DNA from: Mobula hypostoma | Lineage: Eukaryota | Length of the DNA stretch: 64,000 bases | Direction of reading: 5' to 3' | NCBI RefSeq assembly: GCF_963921235.1 | Contig: NC_086097.1 | Span: forward strand, 63,738,001 to 63,802,000 | In this document: in pieces, positions 13,621 to 26,784 of the stretch | How the letters are laid out: every line of letters begins with the position of its first letter | How positions within the stretch are numbered: the stretch's first letter is position 1 | Made by a program: the position numbers and the translations under genes | The notes under the pieces: generated by a model | What the model was told of the DNA's origin: nothing | Database searches by the model: none | What the model saw: only the letters and a program-made list of their open reading frames with translations

Positions 13621-15822
13621 TTGAAACAAATTTGTTGCAGTATGCTTCCTGACCCATGTACCTAAACATATCCTGTTTTCAATTTATTTTCCAAAACAAA
13701 GCTCTTAAACATGCATCCAGTATGTGTAAAGTTAAATGTGGTTCAGAGAAGTACAAGCAGTCAGAATAGAATTCTGTAATAGAATACAAATCCTCCTTCC
13801 AAAAACATATTTGCATCAGATGAACAAATAACTTGGATGCTGGAAAACAATACTTTTATTAGACCAATGCAAGACATATCAGAATCTATTATGGAATTTA
13901 GTAGAAGTTGGTAGATTATATAGAATTGAACTCAACATTGGAGGTAGAAAGTTTTAATCAAACTTGTATATGAAATATTTGCTGGTCATATTTGTGATAA
14001 GTTATTTACATTGGAAAATTTGTGTGGAGTTCTCATACGTAATGGGCAGAAAGAAAAATAAAACTTTAACATTTGGAGTTTAAATTTTGAACTTAATTTA
14101 ATGGAAACAAGCTAATTGACAGTGATTACCTGAATAGCAGTGCGTACTTTCAACACCAAAGAGGTACAAAATTAAATAATAGAAGTAATTGTATTTGTTA
14201 AAATTCAGACTATAACTACAGATTTGAATGGAAATCTGTAGAGGGAAAAAGGTTTGTTTTGCCTTGAGTGCAAGATTGTAGAAATTTGAGGCAATATTAC
14301 CTATTTTTATTTTTTTAGTTATCTGTATGTACATTATGGTCCAAGGCATGGGAGAGCAGATTGTATGTCCAAAATGTAGGTGCATTCGATGGCCTGTATT
14401 CAACACATCTTTGTTCTCCATCTCATTTTATTATTGAGTAAATGGGACACTGACGACACAAGGAATTTTAACCAGTAAATGAGATGGAGGAGGCAAATGG
14501 AGAAAGTTGATGTAATTAGGTGCAAATATAACAAAAAGCATAGGAGTAATATAATCATCATGTTAGATACTGCAGATAAAGTGAAAGCTTGATGTAAAGT
14601 AATTTAAATGAGTAAAAACAATACAGCAGATAGACAAGGTAGAATGTGAGACCTAAATAATGGTTCCTTAGCCAAATAGCAAGAAAAAATTTTGTAAATG
14701 TGGTTGGCAGTACAGAGTCAATGTGAAAAAAACAGAAGGTGGAATCATTCCAAAATGAAGATATAACGGCAAATCGGGCAGCACCAACTCAGCAGCATAG
14801 AGATCTAAGAAAGGATTTATAACTGTAGAGGGAGTTATTACAAGCATTTAGTTAACAGTATATTAACTTTTAAAATACATTAATTGACTGACCGGAAGGG
14901 ATAATGGGCAGGTATTTTGAATTCAAAACTTGGTTAGTTAAGTATGTGGAATTAGGTCACACATCAGCAAAAATTTTATTCGTGGCAGAACACCCAAATA
15001 ACGTTCATACTCACATATTCTACTGCAAGTCTGTGCAACAAATAATTATTCTTTCCTCCCTCTGCCCATTTTTTAGATCTTAATTCTTTATGAAATAATT
15101 TATTCAGGTCAATTTTAATCATTTCCCCAACATTCATAGTCAAGTTAAATACCCTATTTCTGTGAATACAAGTCCCTAGGGAAAATACAATAACAGTGGC
15201 ACAGGCAAAAAATTTTAATTTGACAGTTTCTACATGGAGATATCAAACACAATATAGTCCTCTCTGTGCACAACTCACAAAGGTAATGCTCTTACCAACA
15301 TTTTTACACTCATTTTGCAGAGGTGTGTATAAAAACCATTCCACTTTTTTAATACCCAAATTGTAACAAATGCACAGATACTAAATCAGCGTACTTGGTC
15401 ACAAAATAGAAAATACGATGAAAATAAGAAACAAGTATATTTAAATAATCAGAGACCTTCTAGAACACCAACAGAACACACTTGTTTCCAACATTTTGTC
15501 TTGAATTTCAGCACATATAGATCATAATTGGAGTTTAAGTGAAACAACATTCCTTTTTCAGTTTGAACACTGAAGAACTTCACTTCATCCATAATAATAC
15601 TTACAATATGTGACTAGGACTCAAATTCCATTATTCTAATTTGAAGTGGATTTTTATTCCAGTAATACCAGTTAGCATTACTATAATAAGTTTATTATAA
15701 AAGTCTCTTTTAATGCCTAAACATACATGTAAACAAAACATCACAATGCCATTTTACAGAATAACACTTCGATATTGTAAATAATGTTTACCAACAATAG
15801 CAGCACCTTTGACAATAACTTC

Positions 15823-15854
15823 CTATATCTTTTGTATCATTACTTGGAATTTGC
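15823..15854 (-). CDS. TRAPPC6B: TRAPPC6B exon 6 (last coding)
   Basis: tttttcag|GC AAA TTC CAA GTA ATG ATA CAA AAG ATA TAG = (C)KFQVMIQKI*. Confidence 0.94.
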
Positions 15855-16244
15855 CTGAAAAAGTAAGATAACTTTAAGTTAGACCAAACTGTATTTTCTC
15901 CTTGCCCCCCACCCACACCACCAATAAAATTACTCATCAGCTTTCACAAGAAATAAATAATTGCAAATCAGTTAGGCAGCTGCAAAACTGCAAACCAACA
16001 AGTAGATTTTTTCTCCCCCACACAGTGAGTGCACTGCCGGGGTGGTGGTAGATGCAGATATGTTAAGAACATTTAAGAAACTCTTAGATAAGCACGTGAA
16101 TGAAAGAAAGATAGAGAGCTATGTGGGAGGGAAGGTTAGATTGACCTTAAAGTAGGTTAAAAGATCAACACAACATCATGGGCCAAAGGGCCTGCACTGT
16201 TCCATATTTTATGTCAAATTCAAAACACACATTTTTATCTCCGT

Positions 16245-16646
16245 CAATCCATGGCCTCCTCTACTGTCATGATGAGGTGAAACAGATTGGAAGAGCGACA
16301 CCTCATAGTCCATTTGGATAGCAGCATAAACACAAATTTCTCCAGCCCCCTGCTTTTCCATTCTGGCACTCTTCTTACCCTTTCTCCTCGCCTGTCTGTC
16401 ACCACCCGCTGCTGCCCCTCCTCCTTCCCTTTCTCTCCTCTATCAGATTCCTTTTTCTTCAGCCCTTTACCTTTTCCACCGATCACCTTCCAGCTTGCAC
16501 TCCTTCCCATCCCCCCCACCACCACCTTATTCTGGCTTTCCCCCCTTACTTTCCAGTCGACTGAAGCCCGAAATGGTGACTGTTTATTCTTTTTCTGTAG
16601 ATGCTGCCTGACCTGCCCAGTTTCTCCAGCATTTTATGTCTTACTC
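16245..16646 (+). mobile_element. Penelope-like element 3' fragment, interrupted by a Harbinger MITE and resuming at 17522-17550
   Basis: HGLLYCHDE..RLEERHLI..L reading typical of the end of a GIY-YIG domain, pyrimidine-rich tract, then the family terminal repeat. Confidence 0.7.
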
Positions 16647-16649
16647 TGA

Positions 16650-17518
16650 GGCTACGTCCATACTAGACCGGATAATTCTGTAACCCAAGCTTTTACTCTT
16701 CGTTTTGACCCTCCGTCCACATTGAAACGGCGTTTTCCTCCCCTGAAAACGGAGCTTTTCAGAAACGTTCTCCAGAGTGAATAAATCTGAAAACACCTAA
16801 TATCCAGTGTAGTGTGTACGGGGTAACTGGCTATTTTTAAAACTGCTGTCATGACGTGCTGGAACAAATGGTGGCAGCAGCGCGGCATTTCATTATTTTC
16901 TTGTACGCAACCTCCAACACCACAACGATATCTGACAATAGATATGTAACAGTCTAATGCAACATTGTATGGAAATACAAGATAACACTGATGTTTTATA
17001 CATTTAACAAGGTGTTTTATTCATGTATTGCTTGTGCAAACATTCAATAGATACAGTTGTCACTTTTGCCCAGTAACTCGTTTTATTGCACATGTTAAAT
17101 ACAGCAAAATAATACACAAAGACATGGCAAAAGTAAAGGCAAACAAATGAGGTAACAGCAAATTTCACTTTTGCCCAGTAACAAGCCTTATTGCATTTAG
17201 TTGTAGCTGTCGTCCCTTTCATCAGTGAAGAGACTATGGCTGTAGCAAATGTTTCTGGACAAACGTGCACCAAGTCTTTCCTTTGGCAATTTCCTTTTAA
17301 GTTTTTCTACTCTGTAACTGGACAAACACGCACCATGTATAACGTTTCCTCTTCGCTTGTTTTCTGTGTGTCCTGTGCATGCCCAGTAGGAGGCGATTCA
17401 CCCAAATATCCGTTTTAATGAGGATAGAAGTATTTTCAAAAACGCCTAGTGTGGACGCCTGTTGTTTTTACGCAAAACCAACGTTTTCAAAATTATCTGG
17501 TCTAGTGTGGACGTAGCC
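16650..17518. mobile_element. Non-autonomous PIF/Harbinger element
   Basis: Terminal inverted repeats GGCTACGTCCATACTAGACCGGATAATT / AATTATCTGGTCTAGTGTGGACGTAGCC; 3 bp TSD TGA (16647-16649, 17519-17521). Confidence 0.9.
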
Positions 17519-17803
17519 TGAATTTCTAGCATTTGCAGAATCTCTTGTGTAAACTCACTAAACTCATCTTTACTGCTAAATAGGTGTGAACGTTGATTCT
17601 GTTGACTCAAATACTAGGAAGTCATTATAATCTACAGTTGATACACTGTCCTGCAAACCAAAAAAAGCAATCAAGGTTTATCTACAACCAGCCTGCCACA
17701 GAACCTTGTAACATGAGACATACAAAAAATACTTAAATTGTACAATTACTGTAAATTGTACTTTCAGTTGCTACCAAAACAATTAAAGCAACACACAACT
17801 TAC

Positions 17804-17897
17804 ATGCTGGCATTGTAGTAACTTCTACTGTCACGATACTTTTAATTCCCAAGTTCGATAAGGCACCTCGAACCAACCCACAAGTAAATGCCAAATA
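17804..17897 (-). CDS. TRAPPC6B: TRAPPC6B exon 5
   Basis: 94 nt, AG/GT bounded, YLAFTCGLVRGALSNLGIKSIVTVEVTTMPA. Confidence 0.96.
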
Positions 17898-20526
17898 CTG
17901 AAATTGAAAAAGATTTTATTAATCTCTGCTATATTCCAAGAGAACTTAAATCTATAATTAGTAGGTACACCTTGGACTTCAAATTAAGATCCAAGTTCTG
18001 CAAGACAGCACAAATCAAAAATGATTATGAAAGCAACAAGTTGTAAATGAGATTAAAAATATAGACTGCAAACCAAATACCCAGAGAAGGAAGTTCAGAT
18101 CATTTTTAAATCAGCTTGCCTAGTAGCCTGAGGAGTTGAGGCCAGCAGGTATCAGTCATCATCACATTAAATGGTGGGGCAGGATTGAAGTGCTGAATTG
18201 CCTACTTCTGCTCCTATATTCTTATGTTCACCTGGTCAGAGAACACTGATCAAAGCCCACACTGAAAATGAAGTTCATCATTTTGGCAAGCAATACTTTA
18301 GTGAGAGAGACATCCTTTACGTAATCAAAGCTGAGCTTGCATGTTCCAAGAGATCATGTTCTCATAATTCATTACAATACAAGGACCATTTGGCTGATTC
18401 TGTCTATGTCAAGCTTCCAGAGTTTTGCAATCAGCCCTCTTTAACTATCCTCTCACATGCCCTTCCTTCTTCCACCGTACATGTACATTAAGGGCCACTT
18501 TCAGCAGCTAATTAACTCACTGTTGGGATGCAGGAGGAAACCACAACACCAGGAAATCCACAATCACAGACAGAATACGCAGCCACTAAACACGCACACT
18601 GGAGATCAGGATCAAATGAGCATCATAGGAGCTGCTCCAATTGTTAGTCCTCTGAATTACCCACACTATCAATTCCATTTTTTGCTTATATAAAAGAATG
18701 GAAATAGTGTTTTTTTTCTCCCCCTGCTCACTGGACAGTTGGCACTATCTCATCATTTGCCTAATTTGCTGCATGCAAAATAGTGATTTTCCAATCCATC
18801 AGCAAAGTGGCTTAATTTCAACAAAACCACCACAGTAAAATATCATGATAATAATACGTATACCATTTTCCTCAATGGATTATTTTTAAGCTTATTAACA
18901 AATCAGATTAAGGTTGTTTTGTCCTGCCTTGATACACGTCTAGGGGGCGCCACACAGTCACGTAGCAGCACGTACTATTACAACTTGGGGGTGGGGGGTG
19001 GTAATTGGAGTTCAGACTGCAATTCCTTCACCATCTGTAAGGAATTTCTACGTCCTCCCTGTGGAATGCATGGATTTTCTATGGATGCTCTGGTTTCCTC
19101 CCACAATCCAAAGATTTGGCAGTTAGGAGGTTAGATGGTCATTGTACATAGCCCCATGATTAGGCCAGGGTTAAATCAGGGGTTGCTGGGTGGTGGGGCT
19201 CAATTTTGTGTTGTTTCCCAATATATAAATATCCTGGAGTCAGACAAACTGGCCCTTCTGGACAACCTCAAATGCCAGACTCTGAATAGTCACGTGGGAT
19301 GGCAAAGAAAAAACAGAACACAAACTCCAACAGGGAGTTTAACAAAATCCTGACAGAGTCCATGAAACACAGCCTTGTTATAACTAATTATAATCAGCCC
19401 CTATCAATTGGTTTCTTTTCCTTCCTACACTACCCTGTCAGACCATCACTGCCACTGTCCTCTCAGTGGATCCCCTCCTCCTACTTATTTCCTTCTGCCC
19501 ACTCCACCTTCCGTATTTGGTTTCATGCTCTATTTTCCTTTCCTATTACATTCCATCATCCAGAACACATTCCTGCTCCTACCCATCACCTATGTTGCGA
19601 TTTACACCCTGCCCTCTATCAACTGCCGATCACCCCCCTTCATCTGGATCCATCGCTTGCCAGCTCTTGCACCAACCCTTACCCTCACTGCTTTCCACTG
19701 GCTAACCTTCCTCTACTCTTTCAGTCCAAATGAAGGGTCTTGACCCAAGACATTGGCTGTCTATTTGCTTCTACACACACTGTCTAACCTTCCAAGTTCC
19801 TCCATCTGTTCGTTTTTGCTCCAGAATCCATCATCTGCAGTCTCCTACATCTCCTAAGAAAATTTCTGAATGCACTAATTTGGAATTTCTGCATTTCAAT
19901 TGTGCTAATCCAGTAGTCCAATCAATACTGGAAAGAAAGAGTGCAAGCAAGTAATTATACAGGTTAAAAATGTTTGAGTTAGATGTACAGTTGAAAACTA
20001 AACAGGAATACACATCTGGGCCTCTCCAACCTGTGGTTCACATCAGGAACTCCATCCCATTAAACTCAGCATACCAAGAGGTGTACCAAGTTCCCCAGTT
20101 CCTGCCCAATTGTAATGACCATGTAGCAGTTACTCTCTCCAACACACCCCTTTCTACCCCTATTAGTCATACTGTCTTTTCTCTATTGTAATTTATATTT
20201 GGTCCCAATTAATTACCACACCTTTACATGTTACTCCAATTCAAATATTGATCTTTTCAACATGAAAAGGATCCTTACCCTTAATTACCATCTTACACAC
20301 ATATCCCATGTTCTATTGACTGCTTAAAAAGTTGTGTTAAATATACTTAGATGACAGTGTTAAACCAGCCAACATCTGTCACCAACTACGAGTCACAAAA
20401 TTTTAAATACCTCTCAGATTTAAACTTCTCCACTGCCCCATTAAGTAATTAAGTTGTAGTACTCTTTGCAGATGGTCAACTTGTAAGTCTGTAGATTTAC
20501 ATAGGTAAGATAACACCAAGATATAC

Positions 20527-20610
20527 CTTGGGTGCATGTTCTAGATACTGCTTCCCTGCAGACATCTGAGTCAAGAGCCGGAACTTGTTGTCTTGAAGTA
20601 CATAAATACC
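20527..20610 (-). CDS. TRAPPC6B: TRAPPC6B exon 4
   Basis: 84 nt, AG/GT bounded, GIYVLQDNKFRLLTQMSAGKQYLEHAPK. Confidence 0.96.
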
Positions 20611-22415
20611 CTGTAAAATTAATTAAAAATGCAACTGTTCAAAATATTAATAGTGTTAAAAGTCAAATTGATTTGCATATTTCAATGTTATTTTCCCATC
20701 ATCCCTTTATCCAGGGCTTAGCATTAAATTATCTTGACTCTAAAGCACCACAATAAGTGCTGAATTGCCGTTAATGGCAACATATTGAATTGGACCATTT
20801 CTGTCTCTTCAGATAATTTCTAAATTCCTTGACATTGTACTAAAAATAGTGGGAAACTTTCTATCAACAATCTTTCTTTGAATACCAGAATCAAAATTAA
20901 TTGGTCAGTTACCTTCAAGTCAAATTGAGCTTGATTCAGCCCAGTGTTCGAACTCACCCAGCGTGGTCCGCCACCTGCTTATATACAGCTCAGCAAGATG
21001 CAGAAGACCAGCTAAACAGACCCATTGTGCCCAAGATGCACTCTACAAAACAGAGCAAGCTCGCCTCAGGAAGTCAGAGTCAGAAAGAGGTACAGAACAG
21101 AAACAGGACGTTCTGCCCATTAAGTCTGTGCCGACAATCAACCATCCATTTACCTCAACCGCATTATACTCTCTCCACATTACCCATTGACTCTCATCTC
21201 ACCCACACTTTGAGGGGCAATTTATAGTGGGCTGATTAACCCACCGACCCCACACATTGTTGGGATATGGGAGGGAACTAGAACTCCAAGGGGAAACCTG
21301 CACAGGCACAGGCAGAATGCGCACACTGTGCTCAGTTTGTGTGCAAGGCTGGGACTGAATTTCAATCCCTCGCTCTGAAACAGCAGCTTAAGTCCCTAAT
21401 ATTCAGAGACATTTACAAAATATCAGAATTCCTTCAACAATCAAAATAAATAAAGTTCAATGAAAACATGTTAATAGGCCAGAACTAATCTTAGAAAGCA
21501 ACATAAAAACTGCTTAACTTTCATTTTCCCTGCCTAAACTCCAAGCTTGGAATCTCCATTCAAATGATGGACCCTACGCCAGGTCTGACCAGCGTAAGAT
21601 CGGAGAACTGAATTCCCAGTGTAATGCTGGAAAGTCCCAGCCAATAGCTATGCCATTGAATTCTATGGAGAGAACAACAATGGAATAACGTGCTGACTTC
21701 CATCACTCAGCTAAACCAGGTTTATAGCAGGATCACTCAAATGCAGAACTGAGAACATAGAATTTAGTTACCTGAAATTAAAATCTTGAAACTAATTTAG
21801 TTACAGTACCTGAAAGCTGCTGACTACCAGCTGTTCAGTTTGAAAACTGCCAGGCAAAGCCAGCACAATATGGTCCATTGATAATGCAACATCATCATGC
21901 AAGTTTTGAACATTTATGTCACCAAACTGACAATTTTGGTAACATAATGCTCACTACACCTCAAAGTAACTCACTGAAGCGGAAGCAATGTGACAAGTGT
22001 TAAGGTGCCATGTAAATGCAACTTCTAAAAAAAGACTGAGATCAAACATCAAAACAATCTTTTACAAATAGGTTTTAGCCACACTTTAAATGTTAAAGCT
22101 ATATTCCAATGTTAGAAATAACACAGGATATTTGGCACAATGGATCAAAGTGATTGTGATAAAAGGTTAAGTTTGCTCCGTAAGAATTTATGCCAGTCAA
22201 CTTTTAACAATCACATAGTCCAAGAAGTTCATTACATCTTTCAAAATTATAATTGTGATCAATTAGCAACAATTTCAAACTCCAAAAACAGCTATAAAAT
22301 TAATGTACAGCAAATCAACTGTGGGGTACTGGAGAATAAATTGCATGACACTGCGCTGCCTAAAAATTAAATGTTGGCCCCAATGGAACACAAGGAAAGT
22401 CAGCTACTACTCCAG

Positions 22416-22461
22416 GGTACAGTCCTGACGAAGGGTCTCGGCCCGAAACGTCGACTGTACC
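22416..22461 (+). ncRNA. Minimal type I hammerhead ribozyme motif in a Penelope-derived repeat (22420-22545)
   Basis: Stem I GGTACAGTC/GACTGTACC, core CTGACGA+A, stem II GGGT-CTCG-GCCC, GAAA, palindromic ACGT in place of stem III, GTC cleavage triplet ending at 22452. Activity not shown. Confidence 0.7.
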
Positions 22462-24631
22462 TCTTCCTAGAGATGCTGCGTTCACCAGCAACGTTTATGT
22501 GTGTTGCTTGAAATTCCAGTATCTGCAGATTCCCTCGTGTTTGCGAATAAGAAGGCATTGTTGGATTAGATGATAATAATTGTTATTTTCCTTGTGCTTG
22601 TTTGTATTTTATATAATTACCAATGTATACACAATTGTTCAGTGTGTTTCCTAGTAGTCACAGTTCTTAGTATTCTAGAAGTTTCTTCGTTACCATAATA
22701 TTTGAATAGGGACCATCTGATTGGTTAACTTGTATCCATAAAATTTGAATGGAATGTCTGTTAACCATGGGAATTCAACAAAATAAGAAAACGGTATAAG
22801 AAGACTTGTAGACTTGGCTTGTAGACTCTCGCTCTCTTTCTTTTGTTCTTTTCCTGCCATTGCCTTCTCTCACTGAATCAAAGTGCATTGTACAGGGCTT
22901 CGAGACAAACTGAAGCAATATCAATAAGTTCAGCAGAAACCACAAGAGGGCGGTCCTGCCGGTGACGCTTCCTGGGAATTGCCCTCTATGTTGGACAGTC
23001 CTCCGGAACAACACCACCATCTGAATTCTTACAACATGGACATGACATGGACTCTACAGTGGCCTCTAGCAACTCAAGTGAGGATGACAGTGATGAAACA
23101 GTAGGATTGGCAGCTATGTCACAACTTGGTCCAATAAAGACCAAGGGAGTGAACTCATGCAGGACTGAAGAAAGAACCTATGAAAGGAGACAGATGGTTT
23201 TCCATCAACCCAGAAAAAAAAAGATAAATGGTCCAAAGAAGTTCCACATCCTAAAAAAATGAACCTGGGCTGAGCTCCAACATATCAAAAACATATATAA
23301 ACTGCACCCATATGATGGCATCCAAATTTTGATTTTGGTGTCTTCTCAGCAAATCAGACAGTTGACTCGTAGTTGGCAACAACATGGGAGATGATAAACA
23401 AAATCGAAAGATTGGAGGAAAGTAGTTGATCGCAAGCAGAAGATTTCTGAAGATGATTCTGAATATGAGGACCAATACAGGACAGCATGGTTAAAATATC
23501 AAAGAGTTCCGGGAGTAAATGAAGAGAACATTGTGGTAATGAAGCCAACATAAAGATAACCTACATATGGTCCCCTGAAGTCATTTTTTATGGATGGCTT
23601 GAAACTAGACATTGCTAAAATGGTGAAATGGAGTTGGAGTGAAGTTAGTGTTCCATACAGTGAGCTAGTGCAAGCCACTGAACAAGTGGGCTAAGATATC
23701 AAAATCTGAATAAGATCATCACGGGGGTCAGTTACCTGTTGATCATCAGCCACTGACCATGGGTCAACAGTCATTGTTTGCTAGTCAACAGCCACAGCTG
23801 CTGCCAACAACCGAAAGAGGCTGGACTGGAATTCACCATGTACATCGCAGCAGTCTCAGTCTGAGACATACCCCTAAGGCCAATCCCTAAAGCAAAGTGT
23901 CACTTGTGTGGTGAGAAAGGACATTGGGTTCTAAGTTACTGGTATAGGAAACAAGGTGGACAACAGAAATAAGCACAACTACAAGTTCAGTCCTCTGCCC
24001 CACAAAAGTTTTGGGATTCTAGTTTGATGACTCAGTTTCAACCATCGAAGTTGGATGTCATGGACATATTGTCACAGTCAAACAAATGACTGGGGCACTT
24101 TCCTGCAGCCTTTGCTTGCCTTGAGAGTGTAAAACCTAGACAACTTATATGTTAACTTATTAATTGAGAATGAATATGCTGAATTTTATTAGATTATGAT
24201 GACCATGACTGTACAAGAATAAGAACATGCCATGAAGATGCAAATTATTACAAAGGAAGCACCTTTTTCAAGCCCAAATCTGATTCTGTACACCGATGAG
24301 AAGTGAATTCAAATGGCTGGATGGGCTGTTATTTCTGAGACTGAAGAGCTGTCATCAGGAAGAATGGCTCCAGGAACCTCTATGCAAGAGGCAGAACTGA
24401 AAGCTCAGACTGAAGCCAGTAATGTGGCAGAAGGAAGATCGGCTGATATTGACACAGAATCTTGATATGCTTTTGGAGTTTTTCATGATTTCGGAGACTT
24501 AATGGATACAAAGGGGATTCCTTACAGCTGTAGGAACCCCAATCAAGAATGACCAACTAGTGCAAGAACTCATGAATGTAATACAGTCATCAGAAGTGGT
24601 TGTATTAAAATGTAAAAGCCACTCCAAAATG

Positions 24632-25299
24632 AATCAGTTGGTCAGTTACATCTGAATCTTAATGAGTTGCAGATTTTTGTTTTCTCAGTCATTGCTTCAT
24701 TTAGTGTTTTTTCCTCCCTGGGTTGTGTTTTGGAAGAGTACTTCAAGCAGTTTGCCTCAAGGCTCAGATCTTCACTGATAATATTTATTTCGGGGAAAAG
24801 CGTATCTTAACATCTTTGCATAAACTGCCTGCCCAGCTGCCTTCTTGTCACATTTCTTTGTTACACTTCCATCTATACATAAATGGAAAGATGTCTTATT
24901 GAGCAATGAGTAGACCTGTCCTGTGGGATTTGTCCTAAAACAGGGTTTTCATTGCACTTGGGCCACAGTTCCATTGTACCTTGACCAAGCGGTTTTGGTT
25001 GTAGGGCTGATACAGATTAAAGAAATGGGTTATGCAATAGGGCTATTAAAACCACTGGTTTGTTTATAAACTGAATTTGTGATGGTGAAGTTGTCTTTGT
25101 CTTTATGTAACTTACCATTTTAAAGCTGAGTTATTGATAATGTTTAACTAAGCAGTTGTATGTTCATATTTTAACTGGTTTGATCACAGATTTACTAAAG
25201 ATACAGCACAATTCAAAGATGAATTGGATGTTATGAAGTTAATTTGTAAAGGCCTCTTGACAAGTATATTTAAAAACCAGATTGACAATCTTCGGACCA
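24632..25299 (+). pseudogene. Inverted duplicate of TRAPPC6B intron 2 3' part plus most of exon 3
   Basis: Aligns by eye with the reverse complement of 28455-29128; exon copy 25190-25299 reads [36 protein letters not shown], 11 differences in 110 nt, acceptor kept, donor missing. Confidence 0.93.
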
Positions 25300-25596
25300 G
25301 TTTACTTGTATAAGAGCAATCATTAGTACAGCAGTTCAAGTACATGAAAGGGTGCCTACTTAGAAAGACAATTTATTGAACAATGACATAATCCTATGAA
25401 TACCCTTTGATATTTCCATAATTTAGGTTTTTTTTATTTTTAGATACCTAATATAGATTCCACAAGTTTTTCTTCCTCTGAATTTTCTGATTTTGAATGT
25501 ATAATTTATAATCAAAGAGGGGAATATTGGATTATACTGTATAATTGTTATTTTCTTTGTAATTTAACTTCCTTGTGTATGTTTAATTTTACAAAA

Positions 25597-26200
25597 TTAG
25601 ATTAGATTAGATTCAACTTTATTGTCATTGTGCCCAGTACAGATAACAAAGCCAATGAAATGCAGTTAGCATCTGATCAGAAATGCAAAGACTAGTGTTA
25701 TTTACAAAATAACTGCAAATTAAAAAAGTGCTTTAGCACACAAATACAAACATTTGTATAAAAGTACTGAGACAGTACAATACGGATGCAATACTTCTCA
25801 GCACTGTGATGAGAGGTTCAGCAGGGTCACAGCCTCAGGGATGAAGCTCTTCCTGTGCCTGCTGGTGCAGGAGCGGAGGCTCCTGTAGCACCTACCGGAT
25901 GGGAGGAGAGTAACATGCCCACCATGGTTACAGTGAGATGCATCCTTGATAACGCTTTTTGTCCTGCCCAGGCAGCGTTTATGGTAGATGTTCTCAATGG
26001 TGGGCAATTGGGTGCCGATAATCTGCTGGGCAGTTTTCACCACACGCTGGAGTGCTTTGCGGTTCGATACGGGACAATTGCCATACCACACTGAGATGCA
26101 GTTGGTGAGTATGCTCTCAACGGTACAGCAGTAAAAGTCCATCGGTATCCTGGGACAGAGGTGAGCTTTCTTGATGCTCCGCAGGAAATAAAGGCGCTGT
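25597..26200 (-). mobile_element. Rex1/Babar-like LINE fragment nested in the ERV 3' LTR
   Basis: ORF 25798..26142 DFYCCTVESILTNCISVWYGNC...ALQRVVKTAQ; (TCTAA)n tail; LTR homology resumes on both sides. Confidence 0.85.
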
Positions 26201-26784
26201 TGTTACCTATGTATATGCTGTTGTTCAATGTGTTTCCCAGTGGTTACAGTTCTTCAGTATTATTCTGGAAGTTTCTTGGGTATCACATTATTTGAATGGG
26301 GAATATCTGATTTGTTAATTTTTACCTACAAAATTTGAATAGAATGCCTGTTTCCATGGAAATTCAATGGAATTAGTAAAGTAGCATAAGAAGAACAAAG
26401 TACATTGGCTCTCGCTCTCTTTCGTTCCTTTTCCACTATCACCTGCTCTCACTAGAAGGCTCTGTTCTCGCTACTCTTCTTTCCAATCCCTTTGTTCTCT
26501 TAGCGCTTAATAAACAATCGTGAGCAAGTAGTTTTATGCCTCATACTTGACTTCTGAAGAATCTTAGATCAAAAGTATCAGTATCCAACAGCAGAGACTG
26601 GTAATATGTTAGAGCCTGGAGGTAGTCAATTCCTTTGCTTAAAGGGATGTCCCGCCATTTGTGCTGCATTTTGTCATATACACCACTACAAGAAATTACA
26701 ATGCTTGTAACAACTTGCCATAGTAGCAGTTCAGCAAGATACTATAACACCTGGTCTGCAGTCCATACTGACTGGCATTATATA

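Larger units (their letters stand above)
22559..26590 (+). mobile_element. Degenerate class I (gamma/epsilon-like) endogenous retrovirus
   Basis: 5' LTR part 22559-~22877 and 3' LTR 25525-26590 are direct repeats; ends TGTTGGAT...ATCCAACA; polypurine tract AAAGAGGGGGAA just before the 3' LTR; 4 bp flanks GCAT/GCAG; gag zinc knuckle CHLCGEKGHWVLSY (23898-23939); RNase H AGWAV...SMQEAELKA...DTES*YAFGVFHDFGDL/WIQRGFLTAVGTPIKN...KCKSH (24313-24628). Confidence 0.88.

Noticed and set aside
19299..19743. Stacked Pro/Ser/Leu-rich ORFs
   Set aside because: Pyrimidine-rich tract of a decayed Penelope-like element, lacking stops by composition.
21540..21820. Non-repeat-looking block with a short tandem duplication (AATTTAGTTAC)
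   Set aside because: No ORF, TIR, TSD or structure that I can support; conservation cannot be judged without alignments.
25190..25299. Second functional TRAPPC6 gene on the plus strand
   Set aside because: Only part of one exon, no donor site, no other exons, mostly amino-acid-changing substitutions.
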